DNA of 64,000 nucleotides from Veleropilina oligotropha (Eukaryota): NCBI GenBank assembly GCA_048128005.1, contig JBEUKZ010000129.1, positions 62,001 to 126,000 of the forward strand, read 5' to 3'. Shown piece by piece: positions 40,381 to 51,643 of this stretch (position 1 is its first letter; each line of letters starts with the position of its first letter). The notes under the pieces were generated by a model. It saw only the letters and a program-made list of their open reading frames with translations, ran no database searches and was not told where the DNA came from. The position numbers and the translations under genes were made by a program.

Positions 40381-41984
40381 ATATCGATGGAGAAACGAAT
40401 CTGATTTTCGTTTCTTTGATACATCAGATACATCGTCGTTTTCTGATATCAGATGCAAAGATGGTTCTTGTGCATCAATATGCCATGTCTAGCCTGAATT
40501 AAGTTTCTTGTGGCTGCATATATCAAATCTTGTCTGGATTACTCTAACAGTTTAATTTTTTGAATAAATATTGGCCGCATTAACGGACTGCAGCAAGTTC
40601 AAAATGCCGCGGATAGTCTAACATTACTCGTATCGCCATTTCAAGAGATTATGTCGCTCCGTTGTAAGTTATCCCACACTGCCTCCCTCTGGAGAAACTA
40701 ATTGACTTCAAAATTATAATATTCGTTTGCATTTCTCTTCAAGGCAAAGTGCCTAAATATATCAGCGAACATTGGATCCGTATGGATCGACTGGATCACT
40801 TGTGTTGCAGCAAAATATACAACATGTGACAGATAATATATCATTGAATAAATATAGCGACAAAGCAATAATTGTCAATTAAAAAAGCGCTGAAACAAGC
40901 TCTAAATGAAAGAAATAACACATCTGCCAGGATTTCGGAAGTCATTGAAAATCCGCATATGGAGGCCTATATGCAATTCTTATAAAGACTCTATTTCGAT
41001 AAGTCTTACACTTTCGTAGTGCAGCCAACAACATGTAACTATTAATTTTATACTAACTGGTCTTGCGAGGGCCCACTCACACATTAAATGTTGATCATTA
41101 ATAATATTATTGTTCTTCCATGGTACGTTTCTGTTGTTTTCTGCTTTTAATTGTCCGTCTTCTTTCATTGTGATGATCTTGTCCGCTCTAATGAGCTGTG
41201 TTCTGGGTACTAATCTTTTGCGCTCGCGTTGGCAATTAGACCTATGAACACCTTTTTTTCATTAAAACATACAAAACGTTATATTAATATTATCGGTCGA
41301 AAGAACAAAATGGTTAGCGTGTGTATTATCGTGTAATATTTCACATTAACAATTTGGCCGGTATATATGCTAGAAGCAAATTACCCTTTGTTTCCAAACA
41401 TCATTTTCTGAAATTAGCGTTGCTCATTTTATATTAGAAAGAGCAAACTGTTTTTCTTAATCATTACCCTTCGCCATGTAGAAAACAACATAGATCACAT
41501 GCTGGAAATGTGTATACTAGTACTGTATGTTGTTTTGTGAACTTTTACTAAAATGTTTGCCAGTAGCCGTTGTCGCGGAATCACATAAAGCTGTCTGCGC
41601 AAAATGATGAAGGCGCAAGTTCAAAATATTAGGAAAGATTTTGAAAAAATATCTACATGTAGGGCCTACTTTAGTTGCAACAATGAGATGGTCTAATTAC
41701 GAATATACATTTTTCAATGTGGCTAAAAGCTCGTCATGAGCCATAGTAATGCATGGAACATCTTCCAACGAAATCGATGCAAACAATGGCGCATGTGCAT
41801 AAGTTCTTTCATTTGAAGAACGTTTAGCCGAAGTACTCATCTTCGTTGCTAAAGGCACTGCCGATAACACACTTCACATCGTAGAAACACGTATGGATTA
41901 TATAACGCCATGCCCATTTCATTGTGAAATGAAATATATTTATATCGTTGCATTATTTTAGCTACCACAACGTCCACTAACCAG

Positions 41985-43392
41985 TTTTATTAGCTCCGCT
42001 ATGACGCCAGTCAGCGGAGCTTTTCTAATACCGAGTTGTCCGGTGTCCGTCCGTCGTCCGTCCGGCGTCTCCATTTGACTTCAAATGCATATATCTCAAA
42101 AACTGTCTGATAACTTTTTTTCTAATTTGGTATGAGTCTTCCTTATGATGTTCAGCATGTACTCAGGAAAAATTAAAAAATTCTACGTCTCGGTTTTCCT
42201 GATATTCATGTTTGTTTGTCTGTTTGTTGTCAATTTGTCAGATTTCAGTCAATATCTGAAAAACTGTCTGATAACTTTTTTTCTAATTTGGCATGAGCCT
42301 TCCTTATGATGTTCTGAATATACTGTGTGAAAATAAAAAATTTCTACGTCTCGGTTGTCCCGATATTCACGTTTGTTTGTCTGTTTTTGAGGCCATTTTT
42401 CAGATTTCAGTCAATATCTCAAAAACTGTCTGATAACTTTTTTTCTAATTTGGTTTGAGTCTTCCTTATGATGTTCAGCATGTATTCAGGAAAAATTAAA
42501 AAATTCTACGTCTCGGTTTTCCTGATATTCATGTTTGTTTGTCTGTTTGTTGTCAATTTGTCAGATTTCAGTCAATATCTGAAAAACTGTCTGATAACTT
42601 TTTTTCTAATTTGGCATGAGCCTTCCTTATGATGTTCTGAATATACTGTGTGAAAATTAAAAATTTCTACGTCTCGGTTGTCCCGATATTCACGTTTGTT
42701 CGTCTGTTTTTGAGGCCATTTTTCAGATTTCAGTCAATATCTCAAAAACTGTTTGATAACATTTTTTCTAATTTGACATGAGCCTTCCTTATGATGTTCT
42801 GAATGTACTGTGCGAAAAAAAAAATCCACATCTCGGTCTTATCGATATTCATGTTTGTTTTCAATATTTCAGATTTCAATCAATTTCTTAAAATCTGTCT
42901 AATAACTTCTTGTCTAATTTGGCATGGGCCTTTCTAATGATGATTTGATTGTACTCGCCTCCCCCCCCCCCAAAAAAAAATTCTACTGCTCGGTTATCCT
43001 GATATTCTCGTTTCTTTAGATTTCAGCCAATTCCTCAATAACTATTTGATAACTTTGTTTCTAATTTGACATGAGCCTTTCTTATGATGTTCTGAATACA
43101 CTCTTTGAAAATTAGAAAATTTTACGTCTCTGTTGCCCTGATATTCACGTTTGTTTGTTGTCAATACTTTAGATTTCAATCAATTTCGTAAAATCTGTCT
43201 GATAACTTTTTGTCTAATTTAGCATGGCCCTTCCTTTTGTTCTCTGCAGAAATTTGTAAATTCTATGTCTTGGTTATTCTAATATTCTCGTTTGTTGTCA
43301 ATTTTTCAGATTTATTGACAATAGTGAAGTAATCAAGTTTAAATAAATACGGGCCTTTAGCGGAGCTCTCTAGGCCGATAGGCCTCTTGTTT
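41985..43392 (+). mobile_element. HINE-like element with a long internal tandem array (~160-bp units)
   Basis: TTAGCTCCGCT start, CCGT microsatellite, AGCGGAGCT inverted repeat and AGGCCGATAGGCCT hairpin at the 3' end. Confidence 0.75.
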
Positions 43393-43659
43393 ATATACGT
43401 GCTTTAATCTTGAGATATTACATATTTTGGAAAATGTCATGTTTTGGTATATTCTATGTTGCTTCTTTACTAGTCGCCTGTGCACATGCGCCTTGTACCG
43501 AACAAAACAAAGGTAAGACCATTGTTGGGTAGTTTAATACATGTACACACATCAATGAAGTGTCGAAATTGGTAATATTTAATTATTTATTAAATATGGT
43601 CTGCCCGTTATTTTTGGCTCGCATGCAACGCAGATGCGAGCCTATGTAATGATGATGTA

Positions 43660-44040
43660 CGTCCGGTGTAAGATTGAAAAGGCACCCCCGTTGAAAAGTG
43701 ACCCGTACGGTCCCTTTTCAACGTTGAATAATGACTCTGGGTGCCTTTTCAACCGTTGAATAATGACCCTGGGTACCTTTTCAACGTTGAATAATGACCC
43801 CGGGTATGTTTTCAACGGATGGGGGGTCATTTTTCAATGGCTCACCCACGGATTGCAAAGGCACCCCCGTTGAATATACGTCCTATGGTCACTTTTCAAC
43901 TGTTGAATAGTGACCCCGGGTACCTTTTCAACGTTGAATAATGACCCCGCTAAGTTTTTACACATGGTGGAGGGGGAATTTTTCAATGGCCCACCTACGG
44001 GTTGAAAAGGTACCCCGTCGAATATACACCCTATAGTCAT
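43660..44040. repeat. Short-unit repeat block, probably a DNA transposon terminus
   Basis: Repeated TTTTCAACGTTGAATAATGACCC units. Confidence 0.55.
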
Positions 44041-44470
44041 ATTATGCAAAGGTACAGATTAAATAATTGAATGCAGTACATTTCTTATTTAATGATTTGG
44101 GCTTGAGGCATTATATTTCTATTTCGAAAATGCCTGAACATGCTCTCTTTATATGGACTGAAATATTATAATATATATATATTGTCGGACTATTATAGTC
44201 TTGTTGTGATCCTGCTGGCTGACACTGTCACCACTATGTGGGCATAGACGGGTCTTGAAACCAAGAACAGGAATAAAGTCGATAGTGCGTGCGTGTAACT
44301 TGCCCTATACCCCCACCCCCCTCATGCAATTAATCTTCTTTTATGTTGTTTGAAAACATAATGCAACAATTCTATGCGGTTTGGGTTGCATATATTGACT
44401 CCATATATTCAGTATTTGTTGTATCATTTAGACAATGAAACTTATATCTAGGCCGCCGACATACACAAAG

Positions 44471-44680
44471 AGCAGCAGGGGGGGTGACCATACCTTTTAT
44501 CTGGCGGCGCGGCGAGGGAAATTAAGGCTCCCAGCACTTTTTCAGAATTAATATGGATCTCAACTCAGCAGCAGGGGGGGTCAGTGTACTTTTTAGAATG
44601 GGAAAATACAGCGCCCAGCACCATTTCAGAACTGAGCTGGTATTACTGAGGGGAACTATGGAGTATAGACTAGGGGCGGG
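44471..44680 (+). repeat. Left terminal inverted repeat region (duplicated, modular)
   Basis: 44471-44485, 44506-44537 and 44567-44678 each match the right end in reverse complement. Confidence 0.85.
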
Positions 44681-45492
44681 GCGGCCACTGTGGGGGCTCC
44701 CAGCTATATTTTGGGACTGAGGGTAGGGCTTGTATTACAAAAACTTACCGTGTGTACAGACAGTCCACTACCCCGGCCGGGCCCTGGTGTATGTTTGTAT
44801 CCGTGTCGAGAACTGTCTAGACTGTCGGCGGACAGGCTCTGTGATATTCGGGCTTGATATCTTGGTGTCTATTCTAGAATCATCGAGTCTATTCTAGAAT
44901 GATCTAGAAGGCTGTATTGCCACGTGACGAATGACTCGACCAAAATACGGTAACTACATAAACAAGGTTACCAGAAAATTTTATCTGTGCTAAACAGGAG
45001 CACGGTTACAAGAAAAAGAAATCTGGGTCAATCTTTCTTGACTGGCCCAGAAATTTTTTATATCTATGCCAGTAGGTTGTTTTTCTTTTTCGCCAACAGC
45101 TAAATACCTATACGACAGCTTGCGACTTCTTTGCTAATGCGTTAGACAAAATCTAGGTCAGCCAGCCTGATAGCAGGGAGAGAACAATGGAACCGTAGGC
45201 GCGACCAAATATTTGTAAAGACATGGCTTGATAGGCCAAGCGTTTATATTTACCCACTGAGAAATCCACTAGGCGTCTATTGTTTCATGATTTTAAGTAA
45301 TTGCGGCTGTACTGGATAGTCAACAATGGACAGCCGGCAGGCTGTATTAATACTACACGTGACCAGGTTCGACTAGTAACTTATTGATGCGAGGTATTTC
45401 ATTCATAAATCGGACAAAGGTCGCTCTCTTCGACCTGGAAAATATTTATATAAACAGCTGTGACATATTGTAAGGTTTCCTAATCAGCTGGT

Positions 45493-45909
45493 TTATATGA
45501 ATATATAGTTGCCCGATATTAAAGTACAATTACAGGGTGAGATATGTCCGACTTTTCTCCACATACCGAAGCAGACCGTAGATAACATGGAGAAATAATG
45601 CCCACGTTTACCGTGACATAAGGACGGCTCAGCGCACTCAATACACACAACGATATTAGGATCTGGGCCACAATCGTTCTCTCCATCGGTAATGAAATAG
45701 TGACATGACGGTGCCCGCACTGGAGGTGGGTCTCGTAGCAAGTTTCTTCGCAAGTGATCGAATCGGGGGTTATACAGGGGGTCGTTGCGGTACCTAGCCC
45801 ACGTGTGTTCGAGAATTAATGCAGTGTCACGCGACGACGCCTGGGTGGTACCCCACGCGGCAAAGCACACCGCGGCAATACACAGTAGCATAGATTTCAT
45901 GGATTTCAT
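45493..45909 (-). CDS. Small secreted Cys-rich protein (signal peptide, 8 Cys in the mature part)
   Basis: MKSMKSMLLCIAAVCFAAWGTTQA leader, ACAACCATG start context, TATTAAA upstream. Confidence 0.65.
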   Translation of the reverse strand: MKSMKSMLLCIAAVCFAAWGTTQASSRDTALILEHTWARYRNDPLYNPRFDHLRRNLLRDPPPVRAPSCHYFITDGENDCGPDPNIVVCIECAEPSLCHGKRGHYFSMLSTVCFGMWRKVGHISPCNCTLISGNYIFI

Positions 45910-45991
45910 GGTTGTCCAGATATCACTGTCGATTTCTAGCTTTAATACGGGGGAGGAGCGGGGTAGTCGTGGCTACGCTCAACCTGGATAG

Positions 45992-46627
45992 TTAGTCGCC
46001 AGCTCCGATTTTTTTCAGCAGCTCTGCGCGACCCTCTAAACGACCACGCTCAATAAGCTCGCTTTGGGTCTGTGAAATCGCGGTGTGCGCCTTCCTACTC
46101 TTATCCCGGATTGATGCCTTCATGGCTTTGTATTTTTCCATCTCCCCTGTGACCAGTTGGAATTCATCATCAGACATCACCCCGTCTGATAAGGCCTTTG
46201 AGACGTGGTCGGTTATGGTATTCAGCTTGCTGTCGGCCAGGACTCGAATCTCGTCGTGTTTCTTAGCCTTCACCCCGAGGCGCCGGCTGATATACTTTCC
46301 ACCCATACTAGCGAGCCCACACCCTAATGCCGCTAGTTCCAGCACTAGGACGACCGGGGCGGCTACAATTGTGGACAGTAGACCAATTCCAGCGCTACCC
46401 ATACCAAGTGTGGCGACGACTAGCCCGTTATCTATCCCGTCAACGACGTTAACACCTCGTCGGTACTTTTTATATAATGCAGCCCGTGTGTCCCTCTCTC
46501 GTTCTAATTGTCCCTGAAGCTCATTCACTTTCTGTAGTCGGAAGGACTGTGCCTCATGCAGTTCCGAAGGCACATCGCCACCAAGTTGTGGGTACAGCGT
46601 TGGCGCTGAGGGTTTGTTGTCCATCAT
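45992..46627 (-). CDS. Hydrophobic-hairpin/coiled-coil membrane-active protein (211 aa) with PSAP and LYPxL motifs
   Basis: ATG overlaps the upstream stop (ATGA); coiled coil, ~45-aa hydrophobic stretch, helical C-terminus. Confidence 0.8.
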   Translation of the reverse strand: MMDNKPSAPTLYPQLGGDVPSELHEAQSFRLQKVNELQGQLERERDTRAALYKKYRRGVNVVDGIDNGLVVATLGMGSAGIGLLSTIVAAPVVLVLELAALGCGLASMGGKYISRRLGVKAKKHDEIRVLADSKLNTITDHVSKALSDGVMSDDEFQLVTGEMEKYKAMKASIRDKSRKAHTAISQTQSELIERGRLEGRAELLKKIGAGD

Positions 46628-46971
46628 ACGTGGCTGTATTGTTCCGCCTGTTTGTTTAAAATGTCTACTGTAACGTTCAAATACAGAGTGCCGACCCACG
46701 GGGCCTTGATGACAAAGGCGAGGGTTAACTTATCCGAATCCAGGCTGAGTTTACTTATGGAACATGCCTTGGGGCCCCCGGCCGGCTGGACCGGCGTCAG
46801 GTGGATCATTAGAAGGGCTGGGTTCAACCCGAACCGACCTCTAGTGTTTGGAAACATGAACTCCCTCCTCGCCAGCCCCTTATTGGGCGCTACCCCACAA
46901 TTAAGGACAAAGTGCCACCGGGTCGGGGAAGAGGGCTCGTCTGCAAGCAGGGTCCCGTAGATGCTGCTCAT
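46624..46971 (-). CDS. Hypothetical 115-aa protein
   Basis: ATGA start/stop overlaps with both neighbouring genes. Confidence 0.65.
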   Translation of the reverse strand: MSSIYGTLLADEPSSPTRWHFVLNCGVAPNKGLARREFMFPNTRGRFGLNPALLMIHLTPVQPAGGPKACSISKLSLDSDKLTLAFVIKAPWVGTLYLNVTVDILNKQAEQYSHV

Positions 46972-47708
46972 TGTATCGCAAGGACTGCGGTAATGGGCAT
47001 GCCGTGATTGTCTAGCAGGTTACTGTCTGCGTCTGTGACGTACACCTTCAACTCTGTGATTAGCCCGGCCTGTAGTCGCCGGCCGGCGGGATAGCTATGA
47101 TAGTGGCCAGCTTCACCGAACATCTGCGACGTGATAGGGACCACCGCGAGAATAGTGCTCGGGGCGCCGTCCTGCACATTGTGCGTTGTACTAAGCTGCT
47201 CCAGGTGAACGTGCAGGGTTGGCGCTATGGCAAACCCGACAGGCTTATTCCCGTCATAAGTCCCAGGGCGTAGCCACTCGGATCTCTCCGGAGGGGGAGG
47301 TGGTTGGCCCTGTACTCCCCGAACCGGTTGGTTCAGATTCCCTGCTTTATCGAGAATAAACGAAGAGAGGTCTAAGCCGAGGAGTTTTCGTATATCGTCG
47401 CTTATCGCGAGTCGAGTCCCCTCTGGGACCACGATTCGGGCGAGCCCTGTAGCATGGCTTACATCTAGTTGTAGGTTAACTAGCGACCTCTTCATCGTCT
47501 TGGCGAGGTCATCGAAGCTGTAGAAACCTGGTGCCACGTCGACCGTGGTATCCGGGGTCTTAAAGAAGGCTCCGGCATGCACGTTGTGCCAGCCTACCCA
47601 ATAGTCGAGCGACTGCAAGCTGACACATAGCTTGCCGTCCCGGTTATCAATCGGCTCCAGGAGGGCAACCGCGGTCCCCTCTTGAACGTTTGTTAATGTG
47701 TGAAACAT
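46968..47708 (-). CDS. Minor capsid protein (penton, single jelly roll)
   Basis: PGFYSFDDL, LLG, NVQDGAPSTILAVVP, FG...P, LKVYVTD...LLDNHGMPITAVLAI pattern typical of Polinton/PLV pentons. Confidence 0.8.
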   Translation of the reverse strand: MFHTLTNVQEGTAVALLEPIDNRDGKLCVSLQSLDYWVGWHNVHAGAFFKTPDTTVDVAPGFYSFDDLAKTMKRSLVNLQLDVSHATGLARIVVPEGTRLAISDDIRKLLGLDLSSFILDKAGNLNQPVRGVQGQPPPPPERSEWLRPGTYDGNKPVGFAIAPTLHVHLEQLSTTHNVQDGAPSTILAVVPITSQMFGEAGHYHSYPAGRRLQAGLITELKVYVTDADSNLLDNHGMPITAVLAIQ

Positions 47709-47715
47709 AGTAGCT

Positions 47716-48998
47716 ATGGCTAAGAGCGCCTTTGCGTTTAATAGGAGTGCGGCCTATCCGACCGGTGTGGTGTACCCAGCAAAGATCAAAGATGAGCAGC
47801 TTACGAGACCAAGCATCAATGTGGGTAATAGCTCAACCACTACATTCGGGGCAACATACCCTGACGTCTTTCAGAAATACCGCCTCCCTCATGTCGCTAG
47901 TGACGGGCTGATAAGGGATTGGAACAGCACGCCGATGAGGTTCTGGCAGAACAAGGTCAATTTCGCAGTTTGGTGTGCCACAACAGGTTCCGGAATCTCC
48001 TCAGAAGACCACTTAAATGCGACCGACCCCCTCTCCACTGCTGTATTCACCTTCCACGTCTACTATCAGGTCAGACGAATCTTATCCGAAATTCAGGCGC
48101 CGCTGCCACAGGACCGGACGTGGGATGCATTCGACAACCCGTATGACCGCAGGGCATATGAGAAGATCTGCAGCGAATTTGGGGTGTCTCCCCATACCGA
48201 CTGGCGTGGCAAGGGTATCAACGCAGACTAGGCACCGCTTACAGCTACTGGACGAACAACGGCTACCACCCCATCGGACGTGACTATGATCCAAGCCGAA
48301 TGTCCTTCACTAAAGGTACGACCAACACGAATCTGCACGTGGACTACATCGCGCAAGCGCCTGCACTTAAAAACGGTTGGGCTACTTTTATTCTGGACAG
48401 GTCGGTGGGATTCACGAGGGCCGGCGTGGAAAGGCTCAATGATTCCATCAGGACCTACGTCTGGGCTATTCTTGGAGCGCAGGCTCAAACGCGTGCAAGT
48501 ATTCTGGGTAGTGGGACGGCGTTTGACGCACAGAAACAGTTCCTGGCGAACGTGGAAGACGCCATCGCATCCCCCGTTGACCTCCCAGCAGCCATCAAAC
48601 GGTACCAAGAGGTGCTCCAGTATGCGAGGTCCAAAGTGGACTTCGTATTCGGCGTTGGCCTGTACATGGCGCCAAGTAACATGCTTCTACGGATCGGGCA
48701 GGTGGCTGGTTATAACAATGAGATCGTCGTCGCCACGGAAGACCAGACACTCGGTCTTAATACTACGGTGAACGCGGCCAATCCTGTGCCGCCCAACGCC
48801 ACTGGGGATACTGGAGAAACAGGACTGGTTATTCCACAAGACGCAGATGCAAGCATACCGGTAGTTACTCCGAAGCATCCAAGCTCTCTGCCAGCTGTGG
48901 CCCCAGTGGCGGCTGTTCCAGCGGCACATGACGAGGAGAAAACCGCACTTATTGTGGGCGGCATTGTCGTTGGCCTAGCGTTCATTTGGCTTACGTGA
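47716..48998 (+). pseudogene. ~427-aa protein with C-terminal TM anchor, split by a 1-nt deletion near 48226
   Basis: ORFs 47716-48231 and 48300-48998 join if one G is restored (AACGCAG[G]ACTAGGC); tail TALIVGGIVVGLAFIWLT. Confidence 0.7.
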
Positions 48999-50305
48999 CC
49001 CACTGTCTAGCGGCAATAAGAAGCAAGCCCCCAACTGATATGACCAGTGCCCATAGGTTTTCAGCGAGCCACGATGCTGTCTTGCCAATCAGGTTGATTA
49101 GCCAGGAGACCAGGCTTCCAAGTATTCCTGGGAGCACGGCTGCGGCCTTCCCTGCTAGTTTGCCTAGAATCCTTCCCAGGTTCTGCAGCTGCTTTTTTAC
49201 CCACTCCTTGACCCCGCCCTGACCACTGGGAGGTGGTGGTGGCGTTGGCGGGCTTGTTGCTCCACCTGTCAGGGCTAGTACCAAAGTCGAGATGGCGAGC
49301 CCGATAGCGGTCAGTATTGTTGCGATCGTGACCCCTTGCTCGCGGAACAGGGTCCGGATACGCTCGGCCAGCGTTGTGTCGGTGTTCAGGATCCGACTTA
49401 TCATCTCTCGGATCCGGCTGATTTGAGAGCGAAGGGCCTCCCGGCTTGATGATGCTGCCTCTAGGCGAGCTGCTCTTTCATCATTCAGGTCGCGCAGACG
49501 TTCCGCGATCCGTCGACGGATGAACTCATCCACACCGCCCTCTTCATCTGCCTGATCGAGCTTCATCTTCTCCAGCTCTATGTGTTCGTCCAGCGCCGTT
49601 AGTTTGGCTAGATTGTTGGTTAGTTCGCCTCGGATGGTCTGCATCGCCTTGTCAAGTCCGCGAAGCTCGCGAAGATTTAATGGAGGGTCCCCCATTGTGC
49701 CTAAGATCTCTTCAACCTCGGCATCAGTGAATTTCGTCTCCATCGTGTGGATTGCTACCGAGGCATCAGTAGCAGTCTGCCCCAAGTCCCGCAGTTCTAT
49801 GTTTTCGACATTAGCGGCCGCACCGCTCAACTCGTTGTCGGCTGTCTGAAGAGCTGCAACCGCTTTTGAGGACGGCTTTTGTCCCCCCCCGCGTCCAGTG
49901 TACAAAACCCAACCCTTCACGGATTGCATCACCCCCACCAGGCCGGCCAGCTATTGTTGACAACGCCAAGGGGTTGCCGGTGCGAGAATTTATGAGATTG
50001 ATGTCGGGGTAGTCCGTCATCACCAATTTTCCCCCCCGCCCTAATTTTCCCCTCACATACTTGAATTTTGAATAATCTCGCCCTGCGGCTGGGGTCTGCC
50101 CCTCCTGTGCCAGGGCTTTGTAGTAGTCGTCAACCACGCCCTGAACGAGCTCTTGCTGAAGACTGCTGGTTCCTTCCTGTGGCCGTTCCGAAAGAACAGG
50201 CATAAACCGGTCGGTGGATAGATCCACATCAGTATCGTCGATGATGGTATCATCGTTGTCGATGAGATCGTCCGGCTCGAATGCGGGGTTATCGAATTCC
50301 GCCAT
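48991..50305 (-). pseudogene. ~437-aa coiled-coil membrane protein, split by a +1 frameshift in a G8 run (49883-49890)
   Basis: ORFs 49811-50305 and 48991-49938 join on removing one G; long heptad region, hydrophobic helix, polyproline hinge, amphipathic and TM C-terminus. Confidence 0.7.
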
Positions 50306-50341
50306 TTGAATACATCAGTGGGATACGCATCTAATTCAGCC

Positions 50342-51643
50342 ATGACTAGCGTATACGGACGCAAGCTTAATCCATACCGCAGGCTGCGTGAGCCCCTCGC
50401 AGTCAAGGGCATCCGCCAGTCGGTCACGATTACAAACAATCCATCAACGATTGCCCCGAACCAGCAGCTCCTGGTTCGGTTCCCTAATCTCGGGGCGAAT
50501 GACGTGATCGTTCCAGGGACTGCCCACCTTGCATTTACCATCTCACTGACCTCGGTAAATGCGAATAGGACTGTAGTGCAAAATATCGGCCGTGCCGTGA
50601 TCAGAAAGACCACGATAAAGATAAGTGGAAACGAGATCATGTCGATTGACGACTCCGACGTGTACCACTGCTACTGCGATCTCTGGAAGACCACAGGGGA
50701 GCGCAAGAACGCCCAGTACCAGGGGATTGATACCAGCGATGGACACAACACTACGAAGCATCGTGTTGGCGCGGCAGACGCCTTCAGACTGTCTGAGGAT
50801 GTCGCGGTCGCGGCCGCGTACGGTAACCGATTCCGCATCCCGCTGGATTTCGAGCTGTTGGAAAGTCACATGCCATTCTATCAAAGCGCCCTTGGAGACC
50901 GTCTCGAGTATGAGCTAACGTTCAACGACTACTCCCGGACTATCCGGGAGACGGACGACTCCGGTTCCAGCTATTCCATCGACAATATATCCCTCGAATA
51001 TGACATGGTAACCCAATCCGAGCTTGCCAGACGGATTCGAAATCAATACCAGGGTCAACTCGTAATCCTGTACGACCGTGTTCTCCGGCATCGGAAGCTC
51101 ACCCTAGACAAGAGCGACTCGTTGTGGAATATGAATGTGAACGTACCGGCGAGGTCGATGAAAGGAATACTACTGTTGTTCGAGGACCCTGCGAGAGACG
51201 CCGCGCCATTCTCTCGCGATACTGAGGCCTTCTATAATCCGAAGATCACAAAGGTCGAGGTCACAATCGAGGGTGTCCCGAATCAAATCTACAGCCAGGG
51301 CATGCGAACATACCAGATCTGGGAAGAAGCCAAGAAAATGTTCGCCTCCGGCTGCAGCAAGCGGCATCCTGAGGTCGCGATGGTCGCAAAGGACTTGGAG
51401 ATGGCAGACGTCACCCTGGGCGAATTTCTGACTAAGAAATTTGCGCTCTGGATCGATATGCGGGTAACTGACGACGATCAGTTGCACGGGTCAGGCCGGA
51501 GGGTCGAGAACGCCAGCGAAGGCATTACTATTCAGATCACTAAAACAGCCGAAGCGGCCGGTCCACTGAACGTCTACGAGTTCGTGATCATGGACGCACA
51601 GCTGAATATCGAGAATGGCCGATTCGTCGAAGCACTGTACTAA
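50342..51643 (+). CDS. Major capsid protein, double jelly-roll type (433 aa)
   Basis: Size, beta-rich pattern (LLVRFP...VIVPGTAHLAF...VIRKTTIKISGNEI...FRIPL) and position next to the packaging ATPase; first ATG at 50342. Confidence 0.8.
   Translation: MTSVYGRKLNPYRRLREPLAVKGIRQSVTITNNPSTIAPNQQLLVRFPNLGANDVIVPGTAHLAFTISLTSVNANRTVVQNIGRAVIRKTTIKISGNEIMSIDDSDVYHCYCDLWKTTGERKNAQYQGIDTSDGHNTTKHRVGAADAFRLSEDVAVAAAYGNRFRIPLDFELLESHMPFYQSALGDRLEYELTFNDYSRTIRETDDSGSSYSIDNISLEYDMVTQSELARRIRNQYQGQLVILYDRVLRHRKLTLDKSDSLWNMNVNVPARSMKGILLLFEDPARDAAPFSRDTEAFYNPKITKVEVTIEGVPNQIYSQGMRTYQIWEEAKKMFASGCSKRHPEVAMVAKDLEMADVTLGEFLTKKFALWIDMRVTDDDQLHGSGRRVENASEGITIQITKTAEAAGPLNVYEFVIMDAQLNIENGRFVEALY

Noticed and set aside
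44567..44678. Inner repeat as the true left end of the element
   Set aside because: It matches the right end over a longer stretch but is preceded by AACTC, not the CAAAG target duplication
46652..46960. Plus-strand 102-aa ORF
   Set aside because: Antisense to a minus-strand ORF that is ATGA-coupled on both sides
50306..50341. ORF-track N-terminal extensions (also 46628-46699 and 59320-59349)
   Set aside because: They rely on non-ATG starts; the first ATG is preferred in a eukaryotic context
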